From assembly GCF_009914755.1 (NCBI RefSeq), contig NC_060925.1: a stretch of 64,000 bases of DNA; one strand, 5' to 3'. How positions within the stretch are numbered: the stretch's first letter is position 1; each line of letters opens with the position of its first letter. The stretch is from the human T2T-CHM13v2.0 reference genome, Homo sapiens. The notes under the pieces were generated by a model. That model was not told the origin of the DNA, did no database searches, and saw only the letters and a list, made by a program, of their open reading frames with translations. This document shows positions 35,387 through 49,842 of the stretch, one piece after another. Made by a program: the position numbers and the translations under genes.

Positions 35387-36254
35387 TGTAGGGAGACCCC
35401 CTGAAACTATTGCTATGGAATAAAAGATGAAATGCTCCTGATTATTGTAAATACAAAATTGCATTCAGGATTGTGTAAAGACAATGCCAGGTTGGACTGC
35501 CAGAATGAGCCAACAGCACGTGATGTGCTTCCCCCTGAAGAGAGCCTATGAATGGACGTGCAGTCAGGGAGGTTTCACATCACCAAGATTCCTATCCCAG
35601 AAAAGCAGATGTTCATAGCTCTGGGAATGGAATGTGACCCTTGTGGAGAGCCTATAAATGGATGCATGAGGGGTGCCTGTCCATATGGATAAGATAGGGC
35701 TATAAATGCCCTCATCTTGCCATGGCTCTTCTAGGCCTCTTTAGGGTTATGGCATACTCCTTTCTGAGAATTTCTGGTCTAACCAGTTGTCTAGCTTCAC
35801 GTCCTGTTTCTATGAATTGTTTGTAACCAGCTTTTGCTGCTACTGTTACTGCTGATTAATATCTTGCTAATCATAGGTTATGGAAAGACTGTTTCTGTTT
35901 TAAGGCTATGTTAGAAATTACTGATGCACACACTATATTGTAAATTCTTACCTTGTATACTGTACTTCTGCATACAGATATTATGTTGAAGAATTACTTC
36001 ATCCCCATGTGACTATCTCACCTCATAATCAAATGACCCTAAGTCCCTCACTAACCTACCCCCACCCTCACTAAACTTGATAATAAATGCTGGTATATCC
36101 AGTGCATTGTTGGCACCGCAGGACCAGAAGGTGGTGACCCCTTGGACCCAGCTTTCGCTATGTTGTGTGTCTATTATTTCTTGAACTGCTGACCTGCCTG
36201 GGAACAAAGAAAGAGCCCCATTGCATTGCGGGCTGCTGGCCAGATCCTGCAATA
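35387..36254 (+). mobile_element. MER11D-like (HERV-K HML-7) solo LTR nested in env
   Basis: tgtagggagaccccctgaaac...gatcctgcaata; 6-bp TSD gatagc (35381-35386, 36255-36260). Confidence 0.8.
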
Positions 36255-38002
36255 GATAGCCAATTGGACTAAAGCACAAGTGCCACTCCAGTTACTCAGC
36301 ACAGTGTCCAGTAAAGGTCCACCACAATACCACCACACATCCACTTGGGGATGAACAAGGGCTGACTGATTGGTAAGCTCTTGAAAATTCTTAAGCTCAC
36401 TGCAACCCTTCAGGTCTCCAAGGAACGCTAAATTTCCTCCCTGTCATGAGATACACGAAGTGAATTTAGTGTTGGGAGATGGAAGCTAGATTGCCCTTGG
36501 GGGCTGACCCACAGGGTGTTGAACTTCAGGATATAGCAGAGAGAGAGAGAGCTTGGCACAACTTGTTACCCCAGGCTGTAGTATCCTGGAAAAGAGCTAC
36601 CATTCAGCCCAAGCCCAGTCGACTGGAGGACCATCCTAGTGGACAGGGGACAATCTGGCCCTCTGGCCTGCCATGCACACAAGGATAACAGTTGCTTTTG
36701 TTTAACGTGCAGATGGAATATTTGATCCCTTCCAACCAGGCATTTGCATCTTGGTCCTGTCTCAATTGCCAAAGTTTGTTTTAAGTCTTTAATTTCTATG
36801 ATAGCTACCTTGGTTTTGTTGTGAGATGGAGGAGGAGCACTTGTTCCATTGTGAGAGGTTTTGGAAGAAGGTTTAGAGGAAGGTGCAGGCAGTGGGGGAT
36901 CAAAAAAATGCATTTCAAAGAATCCAGTATGCTCTGTCCCTGAAACCTCTGCCCCTATACCATAAAACCAGCTTAAAGAAGGGAACAGGCTTAGAAAAGG
37001 GGAAAAGCTTTGAGGGTTTGACATAACCTCTATGGGATTGCACTGGTTTAGCTGACAGTTAGGGGGGGCGTCCCTTTAGTAAAATGAATGTATGGTTTTA
37101 GGAAATTACAAAAACCCATAGGGGCAGTCCATCCTTGCTCTTTAGTGGTCCACAGAACGTTGGACCAACTACAGCATAAAAGCTCCACATTGGGGGCAAG
37201 ATTCCTGGTTGACACTGGGGTCTTTATCAAATTCTCCCCGGATTAAATGGTCCCAATTCACTAATACCCAGTCTGAGGAGAGCCAGGAGGGACAGAGGTA
37301 CTTTTCTGAAGTAGAGAGCTGTCTTTGACTTGGCAAGTCCCCACAGGGTATAACAAGGCAAGCATTGAATGCAGTAGTTTGAGGCAAAGTTGACTTGGTT
37401 ATGTTAATAACTAGATGGTCAGCAATAGAGAGAAGGAAGAAGAAAGAGTAATAGAATAGATGAAAGAGAGTTAAATTCTTCTTAGCTTTAGTTTGGTAGG
37501 GTTTTCCCCTGGGACTATGGCCCACCAGTCTGGAGGGGGTGGCACTTTCTTGACTTGGGTGTGATAAGTCCATCCTCTCTCTGCCGTGTGGACTATGGTT
37601 TCAGTAGTTAGGAGCACTAAGTAGGGACCTTCCCAGGCTGGCTCGAGCTTCTCCTCTTTCCAGCTTTTGATGAGGATGTGATCCCCAGGCTGATGTTGAT
37701 GCACTGGGAACTCCAAGGGTGGCGCCTGTGCCAATAGACCTTTAGTTTTAAGAGAAGAGAAAGTAGAAGATAGACCAAGTATATAATTTTTGAGAAATTG
37801 ATCTTTTGTTTCAAAGGTAGGAATATCAGCAGTAGAGTTCAAATAAGGCAATCCGTAGAGCATCTCATAAGGAGAAAGACCAATATCTTTCAGTGGTGCA
37901 GTTCGAATTCTCAGCAGGGTGATAGGAAGACACTTGGTCCATGGCAATTGAGTCTCTAAGACTAATTTGGTTAAGTGGTCCTTTAAAGTCTGATTCATTC
38001 TT

Positions 38003-38296
<294 letters not shown>

Positions 38297-41200
38297 GTCT
38301 GATTCATTCTTTATACTCTCCCTGATGAGGGTGGGTGCCAGGGAGTATGGTATTCCCATCTAATGTCTAATGTTTGGGATAGCCTTTTAATAATGTGTGT
38401 GGTGAAATGAGTTCCAGTGTCTGAGTCAATATTTTATATTAGTGCAAACCTGGATACTATATTTTCAATTAGGGCCTTAACTACATTATTGGCTGTCACA
38501 TTTGAAAAGGGGATAGCTTCGACTCAATGAGTGAGGTGGTCTATTATTGCTAGTAAATATTTTAGATAACCTATTGGAGGCATTTCTGTGTAATCAACTT
38601 GGATACTTTGGAATGGCCTTAGGCCTGGATTCCTTCCCCTGAGAGGTAATCTTTTTATAGTTTGTTTATTAGTTTTCTTACATACTAAGCAACTATCTGT
38701 AACCTGTTTGGCCAGGGTGTAAATTCCTATATAACCATAAACTCTGATAACTTCATCACACAAGGCCTGGGGCCCCCAATGGGTCCCTTGATGTAGTTGG
38801 GATAAGATTTCCCTCATAAGGGATTTAGACAGCGTTTCTCTCTGGTCTGGCAATACCCATTTTCCTACTGAATTCTCTTTAGTGCCTATTTTTATTAGTT
38901 TTTCTTTTTCAGTGGAAGAGAAAATGGGGATTACGGTAGGAGGAGGGAGGTAGGGAGTTAAATGAAAAATACGTGTTTCAGAAGACACAGTAGCATGTTT
39001 GGCTACCTCATCTGCTAGGTTATTTCCTTGACTTTCAAAAGAAAGTCTTTTCTGATGTCTGGGAACGTGGACAATAGCTATTTCTTCCAGCAACTGAAGA
39101 TTGTTGAATACTTGGCTATTAGCTCCTTGTGAACAAGGTCTTGACCTTTACTATTAATGAGACCTCATTCAGTCCAAATTTTCCCAAACATATGGGCCAC
39201 TCCAAAGGCATACCTGGAATCTGTATAGATGGTTCCTTCCTGGTTATGCAAGTACTCTAAGGCTTGGCTGAGTGCAAACAGCTCACACGTTTGAGCAGAC
39301 CAACAGTTGGGCAATTTTCCTGACTATTTCTGCAAGAATTTCTCCATCAATCACTGAATACCCATTGTGTCTTTTTCTCTCAATCACTCAGGAGGAACTA
39401 TTTATCAATAAGTGCTGTCCAGTCTGGAAGGGAGTTTCTCCTAAGTCTGGTTGAACCTTTGTGTGGTAATCAATTAAATCTAGACATGTGTGTTCCCTCC
39501 TTAAATTTGGATTCTCTGTTAGGAAACCTGCTGGGATGAGTCAATTATCAGTGGTTAATGTGAAATCATTCTTTTCTAACAGAATGGCCTCATACTTTAA
39601 GATTCTTGAGTCAGTAAGCCATCTCCCTGCTCTCTTGTTTAAGATAGTTCTAAGTTGGTGAGGCATGTTTACTGTCAGTTTTCCTCCAAAGGTTAACTTT
39701 CTACATTCCTCAACTAATATTGCTGTAGCCGTGATGGACTGGATGCATTGAGGCCATCCACAAGTGACTGGGTCTAAGACCTTTGATAGGAAGGCCATGG
39801 GCTGCCGGCGGCCTCCATGTTCTTGAGACAGCACTCCTAAAGCTACCCCACTGTCCACATTAACAAAAAGGTGGAATGGATTTTCTAGGGAGGGTAAGGC
39901 TAAAACGGGCAGTTATGAGCTTTTCTTTCAGCTCCTCAACTTGATCAACTTCCTCAGAATTCCACAGGAGACGGTTAGCCTTCTCCTGGGCAAGTTTTTG
40001 ATATAACAATTTACTGTGCAGTGCATATGAGTCAGTCCATAAGTGGCAGTATCTGACTAATCCTAAAAATTTCCTGAGTTCTTGTTTAGTTTGAGGCAAG
40101 GGTAAGGACACGATTCCCTTGATTCATTCAGGCCCTATTCTTTGCTTGCCTGCACTTATTAAGTGGCCTAAATATTTAACTTCAGGCTCTACATACTGAA
40201 GCTTTCTTTTTGAGACTCATAGCCCCTCAAACTGCAGATGGTTAAGAATATGTGTAGAGAAGTCAGTCTTATATTTTCACCAGATATAAGAAGATCGTCC
40301 ACGTACTGGAGAAGGCATATTTGTTCTGGGATGAAAATTTTTTCTAATACTTGTTCTAAAATTTGGCTGAAAAGATTAGGGGAGTCTGTGAACCCTCTGG
40401 GTAAGACTGTCCATCAATATTGTTGTTTCCACCCTGAGTGGGGATCCTCCCACTCAAAAGCAAATATAACTTGGTTGTCTTCAGCCAGGGGACATGCCTA
40501 AAAAGCATCCTTCAAATCTATTACAGTAAACCATTGATGATTATATGGAATCTTGCTGAGAATAGTGTAAGGATTGGGGACAACAGGGTAGGTAGTCTGG
40601 ACTATTTTGTTAATAGCTCTAAGGTCCTTTACTAGTTGGTATGACCTGTCTGATTTCTTGACTGGCAGTATTGGGGTGTTATAAGGGGACATACAGGGCT
40701 CAAGAAGCCCATCTTTAATAAGACCTTGAATTATAGGCTTCAACCCTATCCTACCTTCCAAGGGAATAGTGTATTGCTTCCTTCTTACTACTTCTCCGGG
40801 GGTTTAACTTGATGTGGATTGGAGGGACTCAGAGTTTCCCTTGGTTCCCGTCTTTGGACCACACATTAGGATTAATATATTTTTCATTTGCAGTGGTGAG
40901 TAGGTTTAATGAGGTGAGGAATCCTCTTGGACTGACTTGTAGACCTATGCTCAACTTTAACATTAAATCCCTTCCCAATAATTTAGTTCCTGCTTCAGGG
41001 ATTAATAAGAACTGAATATGAGCTGAGTGATCCTGGTATCTAACTTCTAAAATTTTTGCTCTAAATCCTTCCCCGTTTACCCCAGAGACTTAAAGTTCCT
41101 CTGAGGAGGAGACATTAGATGGGGGGAAACAAACAGAGGAGCGAGTGGCCCCTGAATCGACTAAAAAGGTGATAAGCTCATGTTTGGGTCCCACCTCTAA

Positions 41201-43430
41201 ATTTATCAAGGGCTCCTGGTGGGACTCAAGAAAAAAGAGACAGAGCCCCTAACTCCCCTATTCTTCCTCAAAAGTCATGAGTGGAAGGGCTTCTTTTTCC
41301 TTTCTTAATTCAGGACATCCTCTCTTGAAGGCCTGTTCTTCCACATCTATAGCACCTATCTTTCCCTTCCTCCCTCTTAGTTCTGGGATTCTTTAACCCT
41401 GCTCCCACAAACTCTTTAGGGGGCCTGGCAGATGAGGGCTTTGGTCCTCCAGATGGAGACTGGGGTCTTTTAAAGGAGGGTTTGGACCCTTTATAGTTTT
41501 TGGCTCCCTGGAAACTCTGTCTAGAAGTACCTGGATTTGGAGCCATCTGTTGGAAGGTGGATAACATAAGTTTTGTCTTTTGTTTCTGTTTTTCTTTGTC
41601 CCTTCTCACATATAATTTCTGAGCTTCCCTAAGCTCACTTAGGGGACAGTCTTCCCAATTGTCTATTTTTTTAGCTTTTTTTGAAATGTCTGGCCAACTT
41701 TTAGTGACAAATTTGAGTTTCAACATTCCTTGCCTAAGGGGATCATCCAAATTGAGGCATGCATATTGCCTCATTTGCTCTCTTAATCTGTCCAGGAATC
41801 TCAGAGGCCCTTCATCCTTTTCCTGTTGTATATCAAGTGTTTTAGAAAGATTTTGGCTTTGGGGTACTGATTCCTGAATTCCTTTTATTATTATCTCCCT
41901 TAGGTCCTGCATATTTTCCTGGTGATCTGCGTTGTTATTGTCCCACTGGGGGTCTCGGGTGGGGAATTTCTGGCCTGCAGTAGGAATGTTTTCACCAGGA
42001 GGGTGCTCACATTCCCAAACTACCATAGCAGTCCTACGAATCATACTCCTTTCTTCCCCTGAAAAGAGGGTGCCCAAGATGAACATTAACTTGGCCCAAG
42101 TGTATAACTGAGGTCCTAAGAATTGGTCAATTTGGTCTGTCACTCTGTAAGGGTCATCTAGTAGTGGTTTAAGCTCCTTTTTAAAATTCTGGACTTCTGA
42201 ACTGGTTAAGGGAACATTTTCAAAGCCAATGGCCCCCTACTCCTTGTGGTACCTCTTTCAAATGGAAGAGAATTGGGACTGACCCCTTAGGTATGGAGGG
42301 AATTGGGAAATTCTGAATATCTTTTTTTACATTGTTCTACCTCATGCTGGATTCCTTTTAGAGAGGGGTAAAAGTATTTAGGTTGGGAGGGAACAGGCTG
42401 GTGGGATGGTAATTCCCAAGAGTCAGTAAGGAGGAGGGGTAACGTGAGTAGAGGAAGGATTTGGAATGGGATATGAGGCAGCAGTAGCTGCCTGAGGGGA
42501 AGGATTGGGGATACTGAGCAGGGGAAATAGTCTAGGGGATTCCATGCACTGGAATTTTTAGGCATGAGAGCTGGCTCCTCTGACTTTTCATTTTGAGTGC
42601 CAGATTGGGTTTTTAAGGGAAAAAGGAGGGCAGGCCCTTCCCTCCAGCAAAGAGCATAGCCTAGTTCTTCTTGAGACACTGAATTTTATAATTAACATAT
42701 TGGATTAGAAGCTGACACATTACATCCTCATTTGACCCAAACTTTGGCCAGAAGATTGAGGGTTTGAGGATGGGTCCCTGAGTCCAAATAAAACATCAAT
42801 ATTTTATCGTTTTTTTGCTTTTTCTTATGTTTAGTCCTTTCATTATCCTTCCAGTATTTTAGCATGAGACCTAGGGGGCTCTCTGGGGGGATATCTTTGC
42901 TACTATCTTTATCCTTCTTGCTCCCTATCTTGCTTGGGGTATTTCCCATATTGATGGTTTTGGGGTAAGGTTCAACTTCCCTTACTGGAAATTTCTTGTC
43001 TTTTGGGGTGAGGCTCAATTTCCCTTATTGGAAATTTCTTGCCTTTTCTACTACTGGAGGTTTTTGTGAAGTTCAATCCCCCCTAATGGAGATGTCTCAT
43101 CTCTTTTTAACCTCTAAGCCACCCCAACAAAGGAGTACTTCACCGCCCCCCCGCGACATTCTTACCTTGGTCCCAACCAACAAGGAAATACTTTACCAGC
43201 TCCTGCAGTGTCTTTTCCTCGGTCCATGTGCAGACTTTAGTGGCCATTATGGAGGATCCTTTACCCCAGGTTGCTGGCCAGTTTCTTTCCACATTGCTGA
43301 GAGCTCGGGTTATTTCTCACATGGGGTGGGTCCTGATTTTTCACCCCTGAGGCCCTCACAAGGGGGCAGGGTGCGCCTCCTCCTGAGACAGAAGCAGAGA
43401 CCGCTCCTGGAGGGAAATGTAATCCTGGAC

Positions 43431-43879
43431 GTATAAATTGAGAAGCTTAACAGAAGATACAAGGTCCAAATAAAAGAAGGAGAAAAATAAGTATTAAAGG
43501 ACTAAGAATTGGGAGGACCCAGGACATCCAATTAGAGAGTGCCCAAGAGGGTTGAGCATAATTACTTGCTTGGTTGGTGAGTTTTTGGGAAAAGACCATT
43601 AGTCCGTTTTACCTTTCCTGACCATATCCAGGCCATCACCAATCATTCTATATGACAAATGCTCCCTTTAACAACCCCACAATATTGCCCTTTACCACAA
43701 AATCTTCTGTCAGCTTAATCTCTCCCACTCTAAGTTCCCATGCTGCCCCTAATCCCCCTCGAAGCAGCCCTGAGAAACATCACCCATTATCTCTCCATAG
43801 TACCCCGAAAATTTTTCACTGCCCCAACACTTCAACACTATTTTGTTTTATTTTTCTTATTAATATAAGAAGACAGGAA
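43431..43879. mobile_element. HERV-H internal remnant: inverted piece (43431-43620) plus forward 3' end (43621-43879)
   Basis: minus strand encodes env TM WMSWVLPILSPLILIFLLLLFGPC; forward part continues HERV-H 3' sequence to PPT aagaagacaggaa. Confidence 0.75.
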
Positions 43880-44288
43880 TGTCAGGCCTCTGAGCCCAAA
43901 CCTGCATGTATACATCCAGATGGCCTGAAGCAAGTGAAGAATCACAAAAGAAGTGAAAATGGCTGCTTCCTGCCTTAACTGATGACATTCCACCATTGTG
44001 ATTTGTTCCTGCCCCACCTTAACTGAGCCATTAACCTTGTGAAACCTTCTCCTGGCTCAGAACCTCCCCCACTGAGCACCTTGTGACCCCCGCCCCTGCC
44101 CGTAAGAGAAAAACCCCCTTTGACTGTAATTTTCCACTACTCACCCAAATCCTATAAAACAACTCCACCCCATCTCTCTTCGCTGACTCTCTTTTCGGAC
44201 TCAGACTGCCTGCACCCAGGTGAAATAAACAGCCTTGTTGCTCACACAAAGTCTGTTTGGTGGTCTCTTTACACAGACACGCGTGACA
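43880..44288 (+). mobile_element. LTR7-family (HERV-H) LTR
   Basis: tgtcaggcctctgagcccaa...TATAAAA...AATAAA...cgcgtgaca; complete U3-R-U5. Confidence 0.9.
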
Positions 44289-44849
<561 letters not shown>

Positions 44850-45026
44850 CTAGTGCTTGACACAGGCTGGTGTTCTTGAGGCAGCCAACAGTCCTATGGA
44901 GTGGGGAGTACTATTATTATCCCCATTTGACAAACTTGGAAACTGAGGCTGATTGCACATAACGTGCTCATGATCAGCATGCTGGCATTTGGCAGAGCCA
45001 GGATTCAAATTCAAGTGTTGCAAATG

Positions 45027-45230
45027 CAGGGTTTCTCAACCACCATACTATCGGCTTGCTGGACTGCATAAGTCTTTGTGCATTGCAGGATGTTTGGCAA
45101 TATCCCTGGCCTCTTGTCTATGACACTCTAGAACCAGCCCTCTGGCCCTTCCTGAGTGGGGACAACAAAAATGTTTCTGATATTCCCATATCTTCTGGGA
45201 GGTAAAATCTCTCCTGTCTGAGAACCACTG
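45027..45230. mobile_element. MER20-like hAT MITE
   Basis: TIRs cagggtttctcaa...tgagaaccactg. Confidence 0.7.
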
Positions 45231-45356
45231 CTCTCTCACTCAAGCTGGGAGGCGGGAGACACAGCAGATATTACTATTGTTACTGCAGATGTGGGACTTG
45301 GTTGTTAGGGAAGATTTCCAATGGTGACATCAACCTCTGACCTGACCTGGAAAGGC

Positions 45357-45430
45357 AAGCAAGCACAGTTTCCCAGATTTGCAAGAAAGAGGAAAGCAAG
45401 CACAGTTTCCCAGATTTGCAAGAAAGAGGA
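45357..45430. repeat. Perfect 37-bp tandem duplication
   Basis: aagcaagcacagtttcccagatttgcaagaaagagga x2. Confidence 0.95.
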
Positions 45431-45607
45431 CAAAGCCTGTCTATTCATTCTCTCACTCCATAGGCATTTGCTGAGCACCTACAAAGTACCAAGCCCCAAT
45501 CCAGCCTCTGGTGATAAAATGGCACAAAAAGAAAATTCCTGTCCTCCCAGACAATAAACAGACAAGTGAGGCAGGTGATGATAAAGGTCACAGGGAAAAA
45601 CCAAGCA

Positions 45608-45741
45608 GTGGGGGGGTGAGGAAGGTGGGGGATGGGGAAGATGGGGGATGGGGAAGGTGGAGGATGAGGAAGGTGGGGGATGTGGAAGGTGGGGGGGTGG
45701 AAAGGGTGGGGGATGGGGAAGGTGGGGCTGGGGAAGGTGGG
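45608..45741 (+). repeat. G-rich ~15-bp minisatellite
   Basis: degenerate units of ggaaggtgggggatgg. Confidence 0.85.
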
Positions 45742-46169
45742 CGTAGGCATGCTGGCGGGAGTTAAATTTTAAATAAGATTGCCAGGGATGGCCTCACTGA
45801 GAAGGCAACATTTGAGCAGAGACCAGCAAGAGGGGAGGCATGGAGTCTAGCCGAGGTCTAGGGGAAGAATGGTGTACAGAGAATGGCTTGCCGTACAACA
45901 GCTCTGGGACATCCTCCACAGGCTGATGGATGGATGATAAGCTGGAGTTGAATCACAGAGTGGGGGGATGAGGTCCGAGGGCCGGTGGGAGGAATCGTGT
46001 TTATGATGTCCATTGTGACTTGGTGGCTTATCCAAGACTATTTCTAGTTAGCAGTGCCAGATTGTAAGCTGGGACTCTAGAACTTTCTTTTGTGGCTGGA
46101 TCCGGCTGGATGGGCCACTTTCTTCTCTGCATGGGCCCTGTCCTAGAACCACATCCTCACCTGAGCCTG

Positions 46170-46240
46170 TGACTCACCTGGGCTGGGCCAGTGTTTGTGG
46201 GACCCAGGGAGGTGGGGGAGGACAGGTGTGACTTATAAGT
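46170..46240 (+). promoter_or_regulatory. Putative AADACL3 core promoter: AP-1 site and TATA-like box
   Basis: TGACTCA at 46170-46176; CTTATAAG at 46232-46239, ~90 bp before the ATG. Confidence 0.45.
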
Positions 46241-46327
46241 GGAGGAGGTCTGCTGGCTCTGAACCATGTCCTAAATGGTTTACACTGCGCACAGCTTCCT
46301 CTCAGCCCGCTCTGAGCTGGAAGCAGC

Positions 46328-46495
46328 ATGTGGGACCTGGCCCTGATCTTCCTCGCAGCAGCCTGCGTGTTCTCACTAGGGGTCACTCTGTGGGTCATTT
46401 GCAGCCATTTTTTCACTGTGCACATCCCTGCAGCGGTTGGCCACCCTGTGAAACTGAGAGTCCTCCATTGCATCTTCCAGCTGCTGTTGACTTGG
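46328..46495 (+). CDS. AADACL3: Arylacetamide deacetylase-like 3, coding exon 1 (N-terminal signal-anchor)
   Basis: ATG 46328; MWDLALIFLAAACVFSLGVTLWVICSHFF...QLLLTW; donor TGG|gtgag, phase 0. Confidence 0.93.
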
Positions 46496-47951
46496 GTGAG
46501 TTTTGTGCTTTATGTGTCCCCTCCAGCTGACCATTAAGGAAGGCGGCAGGAAAAATCACACACCGGAAGCTTCTAGCTGAATGAACACCGGTATCATGGG
46601 GCCTGCAGTGACAGCTGATCAGACCTTCTGAAATGTGCATAATCCCTATTAGGTGGTTCTCAGCCTCTTTGGGTGTTTCTGAAGCTGGCCCTGGCTAATA
46701 TTCACAAAATTCAAAGAATGATCTGCTTTCTCAGTTAACAGAAAGAAAAAACCAGTCTGGTTCTATTCACCTGAGTGTCTCCCGCTGACTTTCTTTTTGT
46801 TGTTGTTGGTTTGTTTTATTTTTAAAATTGAGGTAAAATATGCATATAAAATTTACCATCTTTCGCATTTTTAAGTGTACCTTTCACGTGTCCATAAATG
46901 TGTCCATATTATTCACAGCACTCACCACTCTCAGAAGTTGTGAAGATATGAATGAATTTTCCTGAGTCTCTGGGCCCCCACTGCTATCTACCTGTTAGCT
47001 AGAGCCAGCAAGCCACAAAGTAAAAGGGTAGCGGATGAGTAGATTAGTGCCGGTGAGCAAAATTACAGAATGTGACTTTAAAAATATGTTGTTGCTTTTG
47101 AGAGCTAGAAAGCTGCCTAGGGAATATAGTTTGGTTCTGCTTCTGGTGTAATTTGTTAAAATACCTGTAAATGGAACTGTGTAGGTGTTGCCAATACGGA
47201 TTTCTTGTACTTTTTCTTGTGCCTTGACAGAAACTGAATATACAAAATATTTTTTGTAAGTTTCTTACATAACGAAAAGCAATTGCCAGTGCCTCTTCTC
47301 AAGAGACACCCTAGGTGTGTCTTCTATGCTATTCAAAATAATTTCTATGCTATTCAAAAGAATGTAGCTATTACCTAAAAGAGAAGATCCCGGGAACTCT
47401 AGGCTTCTGATCTCCAGTCAGCTTTTATAAGATGCAGTGATTGGGTCCTAGGTTTTCCTACCCTTGATGCTCAGATTCTGTAGTCCAGGCTCCCAAATAC
47501 AGTGACTCGATTTCCTCTTTTGCAAAGTAGGGAAAATTGCTCCTACTTCACAGGGTTTTGTGGAGACTCCATGAATAACCCTCTCCAGAAGGCTTATTAT
47601 AATGCCTGACACAGAGGGAGCCCTCCTTAAATAGTAGCCATTGTTACTCTTTGTTGATTCTTTTATTTTTTATGCAAAGATGTGTTATGCAACTGCTGTG
47701 TGTCCTACGCCAGTCCTGGGCTCTAGGGCCAATGACAGGTGAGAGAGGTAAAGTTCCACAGGTCTGCCTTTAGGGAGCTTGTAGGGTCCAGGCAGTGGGC
47801 AGCGGGGAAGTGGTCTATAAAGAAGCTAACCCACAATAGAACAAGCTACAGATAAACAGCTTCCCAAAGCGGAGAATGCAAGGAGGACAGCAAAACCCGT
47901 CAGGGGAGCCGAGCAGGGCTTCTCTCCTGGGGCATCTTGAGCCCCCGGGGC

Positions 47952-48044
47952 CACAGAACACAAGGGGGTCATGGATTTGGATCACAGAACATAAGGGGGT
48001 CATGGATTTGGGTCACAGAACACAAGGGGGTCATGGATTTGGAT
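47952..48044. repeat. 31-bp minisatellite x3 in intron 1
   Basis: cacagaacacaagggggtcatggatttggat repeated three times with 2 substitutions. Confidence 0.95.
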
Positions 48045-48372
48045 GGGGTCAAAATTACCCCATGTTCACAACTAACTTCCAATTGAAATTCTTCTCATGA
48101 GGAATGAAGGCAACAAACCACAGTCCTGAAAGCCAGACCTCGACTTTTCACCAAGAGAAATCAGACATATTTGCATTGCCTATTAGATATTGCGAAAACT
48201 CATGTATTCTCCTCATTTCTTTGAAACTAGGGTAGTATCAGGCAGCAGTTAGATCTTATTACTCTATGTGCTAGTAAGGAAGAACCTATATTATTATGAC
48301 ATACATTTTAATATTTTGATAAGTATATTTAAATAACACTGCTTTTCTTTATAATCCCATGTATTTATTTTA

Positions 48373-48537
<165 letters not shown>

Positions 48538-48654
48538 TCAAATGAGGCCTGCAGCTTTTCCCAAGGCCAAAATGGCTGTGGCACAGACAAGGATTAGGAA
48601 ACACTGGAAAGGATACCCAGAGGGAGAGCCCTCTTTATTTACGTATTTTTAACT

Positions 48655-49162
<508 letters not shown>

Positions 49163-49625
49163 TGAACTCCCCCTTCCTGTTTTTAAAAAATGTACCCACA
49201 CTATAGTTAGCTACACAGGCTTGGGGTGGCCAGATTGGCTGGGACGGCACAGGAAGGCCTCCCTGGAAACAGATGTTGCGCCCAGGCTGAGGTGGAGCAG
49301 GGCCTCGTGGTGGAGGTGGGTGTTGCAAGTAGAGGGACCATCAAGGGTGCCCAGAAGCCTGGCTTGTAGTGGCTGCAGTGGAAGGTGTCAGGAGAGTGGG
49401 TTGAGAGGGGCTGGCTGGTGCTGTGGCCACCTGGGCCTGCATGGGAGTGGATTTTCCTGCAGGTGTCCTGAGGGAACTGAGGGCTTGAGTAGGGCTGTAA
49501 TCCAATCTGACTGCAGTTTCCAAAAACTCCTTTTGCCACCTGTGGAGGGCAGGTTGTGAAGGCCAGACTCCAGATGGCCTGTGAAGAAACCCATCTCGAC
49601 CCATCATTTCTTCTCTCTCCAACAG

Positions 49626-49842
49626 GGGATGATATTTGAGAAGCTCAGAATCTGTTCTATGCCCCAATTTTTCTGTTTCATGCAAGATCTGCCTCCGCTA
49701 AAGTATGACCCCGATGTTGTGGTCACGGATTTCCGCTTTGGGACAATCCCTGTGAAGCTGTACCAACCCAAGGCATCCACCTGCACCCTGAAGCCTGGCA
49801 TCGTGTACTACCACGGTGGCGGGGGCGTCATGGGGAGTTTGA
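49626..49842 (+). CDS. AADACL3: AADACL3 coding exon 2 (contains HGGG oxyanion motif)
   Basis: aacag|GGG acceptor; GMIFEKLRIC...YYHGGGGVMGSL; A|gtaag donor; 217 nt. Confidence 0.95.

Noticed and set aside
41310-42143. 277-aa gag ORF and 175/189-aa integrase ORFs as possible domesticated genes
   Set aside because: Fragments of a frameshifted provirus; the zinc knuckle is broken, integrase is split by an Alu and there is no 5' LTR promoter
45357-48044. Tandem repeats as a CRISPR-like array
   Set aside because: Direct tandem copies without unique spacers; eukaryotic context, no cas genes
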